Source of the DNA: a virus
Taxonomy: Duplodnaviria; Heunggongvirae; Uroviricota; Caudoviricetes
Strand: one strand, 5' to 3'
Length of the DNA: 64,000 nucleotides
IMG/VR virus record: IMGVR_UViG_3300025530_000411
The notes under the pieces are model-generated. The model was not told where the DNA came from. It did no database searches and saw only the letters and a list, made by a program, of their open reading frames with translations. The translations under genes were made by a program, and so were the position numbers. Below are positions 46,834-58,789 of this stretch, piece by piece (the stretch's first letter is position 1; the number at the start of each line of letters is the position of its first letter).

Positions 46834-46977
46834 TGAACGATCCTCCTCAGGCATTTTGTGATAACTTAATTATACCATTTGCAAATTTCCACTGTCAACA
46901 TATTCGACGTCCATAATTGTTGATTCCGGAGAACGTTACATGTTACAATAAAATAAGGTAGAGGGAGGTCGTTCACA

Positions 46978-47376
46978 TTGGCAAACATAGAAAAGATCAA
47001 AACCGTAGAACCAAGTTTCGACAGTTACAAGAAAATGATAAAACAAAATTCACAGACGAAAAAGACGGGATTCGTGGCTTTTATTATACTGATAATTCTG
47101 TCCGTCGGAATGTCCATGTATATGCTGTTCAACAAGGAGTATGCAGTCACCGCAATCATACAGGGCAAAGAAGTGCTGTATGAACATTCCCCTGGCATAT
47201 TTTCGGAAGGAACGAAAAAAACCGATAAATATATGTGGAAAGTCAAGTGGCAGGGTCAGGTTTTACATCCTTTGGGGAATATGGTACAAGTGGATTCGGA
47301 AATGTTCGACGCATATGAGGTCGGCGATCATGTGGTAATCACGTTCAAAGGGAATAGGGTGGTAGACGTAAAATAG
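46978..47376 (+). CDS. single-TM membrane protein
   Basis: A TTG start with a GGGAGGT SD; one hydrophobic helix. Confidence 0.45.
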   Translation: MANIEKIKTVEPSFDSYKKMIKQNSQTKKTGFVAFIILIILSVGMSMYMLFNKEYAVTAIIQGKEVLYEHSPGIFSEGTKKTDKYMWKVKWQGQVLHPLGNMVQVDSEMFDAYEVGDHVVITFKGNRVVDVK

Positions 47377-47433
47377 AGGGGAGATGACATTTCATCTCCC
47401 CCTCACTTTTGCCCATTCGTCTACGATCGCAAC

Positions 47434-48399
47434 TTATACAGCCACATTGGCCTGTATTTTTGGATGGTATTGGTAGTGTTTGATTTTGATGTGTTCCGGT
47501 CCCATGTCGAACAAGGATGGGGCGTCTTCTTCTATGACGAGTTCGGGGAATGGATACGGTACGCGTTCGAGTTGCGTTTTTACCTGTTCCACGTGGTTCG
47601 AGTAGATGTGGGCATCGTTCACGTTATGCACGAGTTCTCCGACTTCGAGTCCGACTTCTCTTGCCACAAGGTGCGTAAGAAGCGCATAGGATGCAATGTT
47701 GAAAGGAACGCCGAGGAACATATCGCCACTGCGCTGTTCGAGGAGGCAGGAAAGTTTGCCGTCTGCAACGAAGAATTGGAAGGACTTGTGACACGGAGGA
47801 AGTGCCATAAAGTCGTTTTCTCCGGGATGCCACGCATTTACGATCAGACGGCGTGAATAAGGATTGGTCTTGAGTTCTTCCACGACTTCGGCGAATTGAT
47901 CTACAGTCTCGACTTGCCCCGTCTCTGGATTGACATACTTCCAATTTCTCCATTGTACGCCGTATATACGGCCAAGATCTCCCCAACGCGCAGCAAAGTT
48001 ATCGTCTTCCAGGATTTTCTGGACAAACTTTGCCATTTCCTGTTCATATACGGCGCGGAACTTCTCGTCCTTCATGGCGCGGATGCCAAAATCAGTCATA
48101 TCCGGCCCCTTGTACTCCTTGGACTGCACGTACCGTTTGAATGCCCATTCGTTCCAAATGTGGTTGTTGTGTTCGAGGAGGTATCTGATGTTGTTCATTC
48201 CTTTTATGAACCACAAAAGTTCCGACTTGATAAGATCGAACGGCATTTTCTTCGTGGTGAGCAGGGGGAAGCCGTCAGACAGATTGAACCTCATCTGGAT
48301 GCCGAGGACGGCATATGTTCCGACGCCTGTCCTGTCCTGCCTGTAGGAACCGTTCTCCAAGATGTAGGCACAAGCATCCAAGTATTGATATTCGGACAT
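47434..48399 (-). CDS. thyA: thymidylate synthase
   Basis: ThyA motifs are present (DRTGVGT..., [12 protein letters not shown], and others). The start at MSEYQYL has a GAGGAGG SD. The ORF-track N-terminal extension has no SD. Confidence 0.85.
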   Translation of the reverse strand: MSEYQYLDACAYILENGSYRQDRTGVGTYAVLGIQMRFNLSDGFPLLTTKKMPFDLIKSELLWFIKGMNNIRYLLEHNNHIWNEWAFKRYVQSKEYKGPDMTDFGIRAMKDEKFRAVYEQEMAKFVQKILEDDNFAARWGDLGRIYGVQWRNWKYVNPETGQVETVDQFAEVVEELKTNPYSRRLIVNAWHPGENDFMALPPCHKSFQFFVADGKLSCLLEQRSGDMFLGVPFNIASYALLTHLVAREVGLEVGELVHNVNDAHIYSNHVEQVKTQLERVPYPFPELVIEEDAPSLFDMGPEHIKIKHYQYHPKIQANVAV

Positions 48400-48583
48400 A
48401 CATTTCCTCCTCAGATGTTGTTCCATAATGAAAGGATACCCTAAATGTATGCGACAAGTCAATATACATATTACGATGGATCTATGCATGGGATTCCCCG
48501 CATAATGTATTGACTTGCTGCGAGACATGTATGTAAAATGAAACATAATAGCAGATTTCATATTCTCCATAGGAGGAAAATAC

Positions 48584-48955
48584 ATGCAAAATCAGCCCGC
48601 AATTTTCTATTCATTTCCGTCCTGCAACTCGTCCAGAAGGGTCAAGAATTGGTTGGTTGTGAACCGGGTAGAACATGTGGAGCGGCGCGTGCTTCGCGAC
48701 ACTATTGATCCGGATGAAATCATGCGTATGCTGAAGCTTTCTAAGGAAGGATTCGACGAAATCATATCTTCGCGTATCGGAAGCGTAGGGGAAAGCATCG
48801 TGGATTTCGAAGATCTGCCTACAAGCAAGTTCATCCAATTCGTGTGCGAAAATCCCATCGTGCTTCGCAAACCGATACTCATTCTGGGAGACCGGCTTAT
48901 CGTCGGTTGGAACAGAGATGTATACAGAGAAATCGCTACAAAGCAACTTGTTTGA
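48584..48955 (+). CDS. Spx/ArsC-family (thioredoxin-fold) regulator-like protein
   Basis: N-terminal [17 protein letters not shown] is a CxxS variant of the Spx CxxC motif. The product is 123 aa and the start has a TAGGAGGA SD. Confidence 0.6.
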   Translation: MQNQPAIFYSFPSCNSSRRVKNWLVVNRVEHVERRVLRDTIDPDEIMRMLKLSKEGFDEIISSRIGSVGESIVDFEDLPTSKFIQFVCENPIVLRKPILILGDRLIVGWNRDVYREIATKQLV

Positions 48956-49011
48956 CCTCATGAAAATGCGTGAGCCCAGCACATTGTGCTGGGCTCTCAA
49001 TTTTTGGCACA

Positions 49012-49278
49012 TCAACGATCTTCGACAATCAGTCGAATCATCGTGCGTTCTTCGTTGTCGAGTTTGACGTCGCCGAATGCGGGAATGGCGATGAGGTTTT
49101 TCCCGCTGGTTGCCGTGATGCCACGTGCAATGGCCACCGCCTTGATTGCTTGGTTGACCGCTCCTGCACCGATAGCATGCAATTCCACACGTTGTGCGGT
49201 CTTGAGTTCCCCCGCAATGGCTCCTGCTACAGACGTTGGGCTGGATTTCGCGGAAACTTTCAGAACTGTAACTGCCAC
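49012..49278 (-). CDS. spoVS: SpoVS (stage V sporulation protein S) homolog
   Basis: MAVTVLKVSAKSSPTSVAGAIAGEL...AIGAGAVNQAIKAVAIARG...IPAF is near-collinear with Bacillus SpoVS over 88 aa. It has a GTG start and a GGAGGAG SD. Confidence 0.75.
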   Translation of the reverse strand: MAVTVLKVSAKSSPTSVAGAIAGELKTAQRVELHAIGAGAVNQAIKAVAIARGITATSGKNLIAIPAFGDVKLDNEERTMIRLIVEDR

Positions 49279-49358
49279 TGTTTTCTCCTCCCACTGTAAA
49301 AGATGTGGAATCTACATGAAATTATATCATGGAGAACGACGTCCGTCAATAATATATC

Positions 49359-51317
<1,959 letters not shown>

Positions 51318-51358
51318 TTATTATATCATGAATGGGGAAGGACCGTCAATGCAATGGG

Positions 51359-51565
51359 TTACTTCTTTCCCCCATCGCCTCCGACGGCAAGCAATATCAT
51401 GGAAATTATGAGTATGCCCAGGGCCGCAGTGGGTCCAAAAGCCATGCCCAATCCTTCTGCAGATTCCTTGGCATTTTTGATAGCTGCCATTCCGACAAAG
51501 TATATGACGATTCCCAATATGCTGAGAACTGCCAACGTAAATATAATCTTCGCCAACAGCTTCAT
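51359..51565 (-). CDS. small membrane protein (2 TM)
   Basis: A 68-aa ORF with a GGAAGGGAGTG SD. Confidence 0.45.
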   Translation of the reverse strand: MKLLAKIIFTLAVLSILGIVIYFVGMAAIKNAKESAEGLGMAFGPTAALGILIISMILLAVGGDGGKK

Positions 51566-51717
51566 CTTCTACACTCCCTTCCGAACATGTGTCTTCATAC
51601 ATTTATTGTAACGTCTCCCATGTACTTCGGTCAATACTTTACACTCAATTATTGACAATACTTACATTAAAAATGGTATACTGCAATTAGGATGTACATG
51701 CAAAGGAGGAGAAACCT

Positions 51718-52011
51718 ATGTCGGCATATGCTATGGTGGACACCAAGTTTCTGCCCCCGACTGCTTTCGGTAGATGGAATGCCTTTCGGGAAGGCGTGAA
51801 TCGGGGAGTTCGCGACTACTCGGTACTGGCACAAAAAGTAGAAGAATTCGGCATCGACATGCATGCATGGCGCGGACACGACACGGCGATGATTCGCAAC
51901 ATGGAAGTGCACGAACGTGCGCCGCAGAACGTATTCGACATTTTCGAAAACATGTCCGTCCAATCTCCGTCTTTCCGCGACATGGACTTTGACCGCTCGA
52001 TTGACAGGTGA
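51718..52011 (+). CDS. hypothetical protein
   Basis: A 97-aa ORF with a strong SD (AAAGGAGGAG). Confidence 0.45.
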   Translation: MSAYAMVDTKFLPPTAFGRWNAFREGVNRGVRDYSVLAQKVEEFGIDMHAWRGHDTAMIRNMEVHERAPQNVFDIFENMSVQSPSFRDMDFDRSIDR

Positions 52012-52063
52012 ACGGACAGATTCAAAAAACGATATGCAGATGTGAACGGGGTGCACGGAATCC

Positions 52064-53167
52064 ATGCTACAGATATTGAAAACTTCCATCAAAAATCTGC
52101 TGGGTCATGCCTTCAATGCATCGGCAAACAAAGGCCTGTTTGCCGATGCAGTATCTCCAATGAAGAAAAGCTTGTATGACGAAATAAAGATAGTGTCAGA
52201 ATACCTGCACGATCTCATGCTGAAAACGACGAAGTTCGTGAAGGTCAATTCCAACCTGCTTCCCATAGCAGGAATAAGCTACACGGACATGCAACTTTTG
52301 TCCCGCATACCGAACAACCCTATTCTCAGCATGTCTTCCAACGTCCGTTTCGGCATGGACAGGTACGGTCAGATCAAAGTGTTGGACTTTCGTCCTGGGG
52401 GACTCATGCAGTATGTAAACGTCGCAACGGAAAACAACAACTACTGTAACAAGAAATACATACAGTCTGCATGTATATCCCCGGAAATGTTGCTTCAAAG
52501 CTGGATGGTGTACGTTATCAACGGATACCGGAAATACTTGCCGTTGCACAACTGCATCCTCATCACAGAAGATAGGAAGGAACACAAATTCCTCACCTAC
52601 GTATGTAGGAAAGTAGGACTCGACATCGTCGGAACAAATCTCGATGACATCCATTCGAAGGGCGATTCCGTGTACTTCAAGAAACACAAAATCGACGTCA
52701 TCATCAGGACGAAATCGTTCCAAGACATCGTCAAAAATCCGAACTTGTATCATGATCTGTTCGATGCCATGTATGAAAAGACATTGATCATCATTGACCC
52801 AATCGAAGAATTCATAGCACAGTCGAGGGCCCTGCAAGCCATCCTTTGGTATTTGTACGAAACCCAACAATTCTACACCGACGAAGAAATGGAATTCATC
52901 GGCACATACATGCTCCCAACGTACATCGTACCGCGCATGGACGGTCCTGCGTGGATTATGCAGTATTTTGGCGACGAAGAAGCCAAATTTGCCAGCTTCG
53001 ACGATGTCCCCATGTCGGTGATGGAAGAGGAAGGAATCATCTACCAGTATAGGGGAGACATGGAATTTGCCTACAACATAAATTCGTTCCTCATCGGCAA
53101 TAGGTTTGCAGGATGTACCTATGAAAACAAAGAAGGAAAGCAGGAATACACGTTCGTCAAGAAGTGA
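52064..53167 (+). CDS. hypothetical protein (possibly ATP-grasp-like)
   Basis: A 367-aa ORF. The fold assignment is a guess. Confidence 0.45.
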   Translation: MLQILKTSIKNLLGHAFNASANKGLFADAVSPMKKSLYDEIKIVSEYLHDLMLKTTKFVKVNSNLLPIAGISYTDMQLLSRIPNNPILSMSSNVRFGMDRYGQIKVLDFRPGGLMQYVNVATENNNYCNKKYIQSACISPEMLLQSWMVYVINGYRKYLPLHNCILITEDRKEHKFLTYVCRKVGLDIVGTNLDDIHSKGDSVYFKKHKIDVIIRTKSFQDIVKNPNLYHDLFDAMYEKTLIIIDPIEEFIAQSRALQAILWYLYETQQFYTDEEMEFIGTYMLPTYIVPRMDGPAWIMQYFGDEEAKFASFDDVPMSVMEEEGIIYQYRGDMEFAYNINSFLIGNRFAGCTYENKEGKQEYTFVKK

Positions 53168-53193
53168 TGTGCATCCAAATGGAAAACGATTGA

Positions 53194-53227
53194 GGGATAG
53201 CCCGGAGGCTATCCCTCTTTTATTTTT
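53194..53227. terminator. bidirectional intrinsic terminator
   Basis: GGGATAGCC-CGGA-GGCTATCCC followed by TCTTTTATTTTT. Confidence 0.6.
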
Positions 53228-53255
53228 GTCGTCTCTCGTTTAAATACGAAGTTTG

Positions 53256-54674
53256 TCATTTTCTCAGCCTCTGAAACCTTTCTATGGCATCCTTGGCGAG
53301 TTCCGAACGTTCGCAGTCGTCTTTGGTGAGCGTGATCTGCATGCAATACGGGGAACCTTTCATGGCTTCAGATGCAACAGAAAGTCCGTTGGTCTGTTCA
53401 TCCAGATACGGATGATCGATCTGTTCCACATCTCCGCACAATACAATTTTCGTGCCCGAACCGATTCTCGTTATGATGCTCATTATTTGGTTTGGCGTCG
53501 TATTTTGTGTTTCGTCCACGATAACGTACTGATCGACAATACTGCGGCCGCGCAAAAATCCCACAGCTTCCACGTTGATAATTTTCGAATCGAAATACTG
53601 ATTGATTGCAGATTCGAGTTCACTCTGTTTGACGTTCTGCTTCTTGTCGTGATTTTTCATGCGTTCCGTCAGTATAACTTCCAAGTTGTCACGGATGGGC
53701 CGCATGTACGGTGACAGTTTTGCCTGTTCGTCCCCCGGCAAATGTCCGAGATCTTCATCCATGGTGATGTTGGTACGGCATACAAGGAGCTTTCTGTATT
53801 CCTTGCGTTCATTGGGGTCGTATCCGCCATACTCCAATGTACTGTCCAGACCGACGGCCAAAGCCATGAGGGTTTTAGCGGTTCCAGCCGGTCCCTTGAG
53901 TATGACGAGCGGAACTTCCTGCGCCGGTCTGTACAGAGCATATGCCATGATCTTTTGTTTGAGGTTTCTCGGTACGATGCCGGATGGACGGTACGAATCA
54001 AGGTTTTTGACCACGTTGAACTTTGTGCCGTCCCAAATACTGACGCAGCATTGTTTGCCACCTTCAAAGCTTCTGAATATGGCGAATTCATTCATCATAC
54101 AAGAACTGATGTCCACGTAAGAACTGACATCTTCTGCACGAAGCGCACCCTTTGCGTATGCCAAGTTTACGATTTCGCTCGGAATATAATGTTCACGAAT
54201 CCCTTTGTATTGTCTCTCGTATTCGACTACACGTTCCCTTTCATATGCTTCGCATTTGATTCCGAGCGCTTCTGCCTTGATTTTGAGCATCCTGTCGTTG
54301 GTGATGAGAATTGTCAGACCTGCGTCCTTGTATGCCAAGCACACTTGCAAGATACGGTTGTCGCTTTTTTCGTTCACCCAAGTGTGCGGTACTTTCGTAT
54401 CTGTGTGGTTGAGTTCCACTTTGAGGAGACCCATTGCAGGAGTGGTCAAACCGCCGTGAAGCGATTCGCCCGAAGCACGACCCCGTTCTATGATTTCGTC
54501 GAGTATCCGTGCCGCTTCCCTGGAATTGTATCCTTTTTCGTCCTTCCTGTCCTTCATGGAATCAAGTTCTTCCAATACCACTTCTGGAATGACAACATCG
54601 TTGTCGCCGAGAGATACGAGTATGTTGGGATCGCTGAGGATCGCGCTCGTATCTAGCACGAACGTTTTTTTCAC
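53256..54674 (-). CDS. phoH: PhoH2-type protein (N-terminal PIN domain fused to PhoH-like ATPase)
   Basis: The N-terminal PIN domain (FVLDTSAIL...) is followed by a PhoH Walker A (VILKGPAGTAKT). It has a GTG start with an AGGAGGAG SD. Confidence 0.8.
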   Translation of the reverse strand: MKKTFVLDTSAILSDPNILVSLGDNDVVIPEVVLEELDSMKDRKDEKGYNSREAARILDEIIERGRASGESLHGGLTTPAMGLLKVELNHTDTKVPHTWVNEKSDNRILQVCLAYKDAGLTILITNDRMLKIKAEALGIKCEAYERERVVEYERQYKGIREHYIPSEIVNLAYAKGALRAEDVSSYVDISSCMMNEFAIFRSFEGGKQCCVSIWDGTKFNVVKNLDSYRPSGIVPRNLKQKIMAYALYRPAQEVPLVILKGPAGTAKTLMALAVGLDSTLEYGGYDPNERKEYRKLLVCRTNITMDEDLGHLPGDEQAKLSPYMRPIRDNLEVILTERMKNHDKKQNVKQSELESAINQYFDSKIINVEAVGFLRGRSIVDQYVIVDETQNTTPNQIMSIITRIGSGTKIVLCGDVEQIDHPYLDEQTNGLSVASEAMKGSPYCMQITLTKDDCERSELAKDAIERFQRLRK

Positions 54675-54870
54675 GCAATCTCCTCCTATCGGGACATATG
54701 CCGTCCTACATTTATTTTAGCATGGTATAGATATACATATCAATCATTCTATTGAATAAACAACTTCCGAATCTCTTGTCGGAAAATTCGTACGGTCTTA
54801 TTTGAGGTTGACAGACAATTTGTCTGTAAAGTATAATGGATATAGGACGGAAGACAGCTAGAAAGGGAGC

Positions 54871-55098
54871 GTGTTGTACATGCAGAATTTCCACCGTACG
54901 TTCATTCCGCATGGGTTCGTGAGCCTTAATCAGGCTTGCAGTGAACTCGGCATTTCCAGGCCCACGCTCAACAGGTGGATAAAGAAACTGGATGACATAT
55001 TCAAGATTACGGTGAACGAAGTGCACCACATCCGCCAAGAAGATGTTGAAAGAATCCGACAGGCCAGAATGGAAATGCTGGTAGGTGCAGAGAAATAA
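54871..55098 (+). CDS. small helix-turn-helix DNA-binding protein (excisionase/MerR-like)
   Basis: LNQACSELGISRPTLNRWIKK is an HTH motif. The product is 75 aa. Confidence 0.55.
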   Translation: MLYMQNFHRTFIPHGFVSLNQACSELGISRPTLNRWIKKLDDIFKITVNEVHHIRQEDVERIRQARMEMLVGAEK

Positions 55099-55100
55099 GC

Positions 55101-55134
55101 AGAAAGCCACCTTGACTTAAGGTGGCTTTCTGTG
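55101..55134. terminator. bidirectional intrinsic terminator
   Basis: AAGCCACC-TTGACTTAA-GGTGGCTT followed by a T-rich tract. Confidence 0.55.
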
Positions 55135-55136
55135 TA

Positions 55137-56327
55137 TCAGTCGTTTGTTCCTTGAAGTTGTGAATCGAGGAAGTCCACCAAGTGGACGAACCATCCTTCA
55201 ACCGTTTGCGGCATGGTCGGACTGCCCCATTCCACCTTTCCGTGGTGGGATGCAAGGATGTTCAGGAAATGCCAATAGTCCTTTTCCGAAAGTTCGATGT
55301 TCTGTTCCTTGCAGAACTGTTGGAACATCATGGGGCCGATGACGCGGTGTTCCAAAATGCCATACGTCGGATCTCTGTCGATCTTGCCTTCTGTCGTGTA
55401 CTCGTAGATTTTGCCCATGTCGTGCCATATGACAGTAGCCAAGATGAAATCGCGATTGACTTCGCGGCTTCCTTGCTTGACCATTTGCTTCGCCATGTTT
55501 TCGATGATCCAGTACATGTGACCGGCGATGCTGCGCAGGGCATCCGCATACTTGGATTCTGTTCCGGTTTCCTTGTATTTCTTAATTTCCTTCAGGGCAA
55601 AATCCACAATTCTCGCATACAAAACGGACGACGTACTGACGACATCTTTATTCGATGCGGACGTCAGGAAATAGGCGAGACGAAGCAGGCCCCACGTATG
55701 CTCGACGAGTCCGTGGATGTATGCATGGTGGTGACGGCGTGCAGCCGGACTGATAACGAACTTGTTCCAATACGTACGGAGTCCTTCCATAGCAATCGTC
55801 TTGTACGTGGGGTTTTCGATCTTGTCGAGGATGAGATACATTTCCACCACAAGATCTTCGATGTTTGCTCGGCATTTTGGCAGGTAGGACAGGTAAGCAT
55901 CCGGAGAACGTTTCTTGTCCGTATCCACGGAGAGGTTCTTGAGTTGCAACGTCTTGTTGCCGGAACCTCTCGGGAATTCGCTGACGTTTGCTGTGATTTC
56001 GATGAGTTTGTATTTGTCGATAATTTCTTCTTTGATCTGCTTCAGGTCAATGCCAGGCCTGGAGAAGATCTGCGCCGGATACGAACCGTACGAATCATGT
56101 ACACGCATCTTGAGCATTGGTTCCCCGGTGCTCGTCGTCGCAAGTTCGCAGTCCGTGATGAGCACCGTAGTCACGACTTCCGTGCCAAAGGATGCCGTAT
56201 GGATGGCATTGTTCTCGCGGAATGTCGGTACAGGGAACTTCTGCAGAATTTCCTGCCGTTCGGGACAGTTCACGTTGATGCCTGTATCCACGAGTCCGAA
56301 GATGTGATTCTGTGCATGATCGAACAT
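55137..56327 (-). CDS. HD-domain phosphohydrolase/nuclease, YhaM-like (OB-fold plus HD)
   Basis: HD motifs are present (RRHHHAYIHGLVEHT and VIWHDMGK). The N-terminal 120 aa look OB-like. The start has a GGAGTG SD. Confidence 0.65.
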   Translation of the reverse strand: MFDHAQNHIFGLVDTGINVNCPERQEILQKFPVPTFRENNAIHTASFGTEVVTTVLITDCELATTSTGEPMLKMRVHDSYGSYPAQIFSRPGIDLKQIKEEIIDKYKLIEITANVSEFPRGSGNKTLQLKNLSVDTDKKRSPDAYLSYLPKCRANIEDLVVEMYLILDKIENPTYKTIAMEGLRTYWNKFVISPAARRHHHAYIHGLVEHTWGLLRLAYFLTSASNKDVVSTSSVLYARIVDFALKEIKKYKETGTESKYADALRSIAGHMYWIIENMAKQMVKQGSREVNRDFILATVIWHDMGKIYEYTTEGKIDRDPTYGILEHRVIGPMMFQQFCKEQNIELSEKDYWHFLNILASHHGKVEWGSPTMPQTVEGWFVHLVDFLDSQLQGTND

Positions 56328-56486
56328 ATGAACACTCCAATCCGTATATCATGTTATCTGAATGGATTGTACCATGCGGTATCTGAACAAGTCAATGTAT
56401 TACGTTTTTCATTCAATTATTGTACATTGTGCGGTATGTGTGGTTAAATGAAGGTATGAACCCGTATGAATGGAGGGATGGAAGAA

Positions 56487-58661
56487 GTGGCAGTCATCAA
56501 ACCGTTTGACCTCACGCATTTGTATTCCAGTGCAGAGGAATACAAAAAAGACCTCGCTGCACTTGAATATGTGTCGAATGAGATCGGAAGACTCCATGAT
56601 GAAATAAAGACTGCAATGAACGACAATGCACCCAACGCTGCACTCGAAGAAAAAATGCAAACATACATCGCTCTGATCAAGCAGAAGGAGTATCTGTACT
56701 ATGCAGTCGCTCAAGCAGAAAAGAACTTGGAACAGGGCATTGACATGCTTTCTCAATTGGAACACGTCAGTATGCCGGACGGCAAGCACATCAGAGTAGT
56801 GAAAAGGGACGACTTCTTGCACGCACAGGTGTACGTGTTGGACGAATCGGATCGCGTGCAGGACACTATTGTGTTGGAAATGGCATCCAAGCCGGAGGAC
56901 GTTGCTAAGGTACAGGGAGTCATCAACGATCTGCATGCCTATTTGACGGAACGCCTGAAAGAAAACGTGCATGATGTCGATGAACCCGTATACGACGTGC
57001 AGCAAATCGCTGAAATCGAACAAAACGCAAGACAATTGGAAAAGGCAAACGAGAAAATGGAGATGTTTGCCGATTTCAAAAAAATGATGGCTGACCTCGG
57101 CGAGAAGCTTGCACCGTACATCGGCCGAGCGAAGGAAATGACACAACAGTTGTCTGAATACGTCAAATCTAAATTCCAAGTCCTGAAAGTCAGCATCAAC
57201 GAATGGGGTCAGTACAACTTGGGTGGATACCGTTCCGTGCGCAAGGCCTTCGATTCCTTGAATCAGTTGGAACAAGACTACAAGGAATACGCACAAATGC
57301 TGGACGACGCATGGAAAAAACGGGAAGAAGTGTCGGACAAGATGGCTGACATCGACAAAAAGATGGACAGACTGCAGCACGGAAAAGGGTTCAAGAACCT
57401 GTTCACAATCCATAAGGACAAAAAGTTGGAACAACTGTATATGGAATACAAGAGCCTGAGCCATCAACACGATATGCTAAGCCTCCACATAGAAAAAATG
57501 AAAAAGAGCTTGGACATCATTCGTCACAGACGCATGAGTGCTCTCGGTGTGGATACTATGGATCTATCGGACAAAACGGTCGGTCCGTATACCATACAGG
57601 TACAAAAGGACAAAGATGGCATCGGTGTCGTGCTCAGCTATCGCGGAAAACCGTACGAGCACATTTATCTGCCGATCGATGACAAACGTCCTATGGCTGT
57701 TCGGCTGGCAGAATTGGAAAGGTTCAACAAAGCAGTCAAAAGCATGAGTCCGAAATCGATTGACGAACGTTCTCCGGAACAAAGCGTGGACCCAGAACTC
57801 GAAAAGTACGTACAAGACAAGAAAAATGGGTATACAGACCGCATACGCAACATTATGACAGAACTCGAGAATGCACCGGACGCCGCATTTGCGAAAGAAA
57901 AGATGAAGGAACTCATCGAAATTGCACAGGAATACTCGAACTACAGCAACCACGCCTGCGACATGTATATCGATGCAGAAGGCAACTTCAATCTGGATTT
58001 CGTGGACCAAAACCAGAACAAGCTGCATGAAACGTTCCTTGTAAAAATGAGTCCAGAAGTCAGCAAAGAAGTCATGAACGTTGCCTACAGCATGGGCGGC
58101 GTGAACGACATGACGTATGCTATCGATCAGTCGCAGGAATTCGAACTTGCTTCTTCGTTGTACATCAAGCAATACAAACAACTTTCCCAAAAGTACATTG
58201 AAGCCAATGATATGGAGGGTCTCCGCAGGCTCAACGACACCTTGGTGAATCGCATGACATCTTTCGGTCAAATGTTGGTCGGAGATGCAGTGGTCACGGT
58301 TTCCAGGTTCGGTGACGGATTCAAGTTGCACGTACAGACACCAAACGGTCGTCCGGAAGTCGTCGTATGCCCGGTGGGTCTTGATGGAAAAATCGAAATC
58401 GAACAGCTTGAAAAGCTTGTCCATCGTACGGTTGAGAAAGCACGTGAAACCAAAGTGTACGATCGTATCCGCGATCTGCCAGGGGATACCACTTCGGACC
58501 GGACACAAGACAGGGAAGCAGATATTTCGCAACAGGGAATCGAAAATACGAGAAATGCTTCTGCGAACATATATGATACCATATCTCGCATGGATGTACG
58601 TGACAATTCGGCGAAAGAACGGGAAAGGGATGCGGTGGAACGAGAAGCGGAACGCGTTTGA
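56487..58661 (+). CDS. large coiled-coil protein of unknown function
   Basis: A product of about 725 aa, Glu/Lys-rich and helical, with no recognised catalytic motif. Confidence 0.5.
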   Translation: MAVIKPFDLTHLYSSAEEYKKDLAALEYVSNEIGRLHDEIKTAMNDNAPNAALEEKMQTYIALIKQKEYLYYAVAQAEKNLEQGIDMLSQLEHVSMPDGKHIRVVKRDDFLHAQVYVLDESDRVQDTIVLEMASKPEDVAKVQGVINDLHAYLTERLKENVHDVDEPVYDVQQIAEIEQNARQLEKANEKMEMFADFKKMMADLGEKLAPYIGRAKEMTQQLSEYVKSKFQVLKVSINEWGQYNLGGYRSVRKAFDSLNQLEQDYKEYAQMLDDAWKKREEVSDKMADIDKKMDRLQHGKGFKNLFTIHKDKKLEQLYMEYKSLSHQHDMLSLHIEKMKKSLDIIRHRRMSALGVDTMDLSDKTVGPYTIQVQKDKDGIGVVLSYRGKPYEHIYLPIDDKRPMAVRLAELERFNKAVKSMSPKSIDERSPEQSVDPELEKYVQDKKNGYTDRIRNIMTELENAPDAAFAKEKMKELIEIAQEYSNYSNHACDMYIDAEGNFNLDFVDQNQNKLHETFLVKMSPEVSKEVMNVAYSMGGVNDMTYAIDQSQEFELASSLYIKQYKQLSQKYIEANDMEGLRRLNDTLVNRMTSFGQMLVGDAVVTVSRFGDGFKLHVQTPNGRPEVVVCPVGLDGKIEIEQLEKLVHRTVEKARETKVYDRIRDLPGDTTSDRTQDREADISQQGIENTRNASANIYDTISRMDVRDNSAKERERDAVEREAERV

Positions 58662-58789
58662 GACATCACTTCACCAAAAAGGACGGCAGACATCTGCCGT
58701 CCTTCAAACATTTTTCCACAGGTTTGACAGCATGTACATAAAGTGTTATAATGTATGTAAGGACATAATATACGAGGTGCCGTGAGGTC

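Noticed and set aside
44411-46836. Long plus-strand ORFs (187-612 aa) antisense to gyrA.
   Set aside because: gyrA on the minus strand is unambiguous. The antisense frames are open only because of the codon bias of a long real gene, and their products are low complexity.
49012-49278. Initial impression of an HU/IHF-type DNA-binding protein (88 aa, Ala/Gly-rich).
   Set aside because: It lacks the HU arm motif (R-N-P-x-T-G). Instead it is collinear with SpoVS (LKVSAKS...SVAGAIAG...AIGAGAVNQAIKAVAIARG).
55137-56327. The HD-domain protein as DatZ, the dATPase partner of PurZ.
   Set aside because: At 396 aa with an N-terminal OB-like domain, its architecture resembles the YhaM-type exonuclease rather than the compact DatZ of about 175 aa. 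This cannot be excluded without structure or sequence searches.
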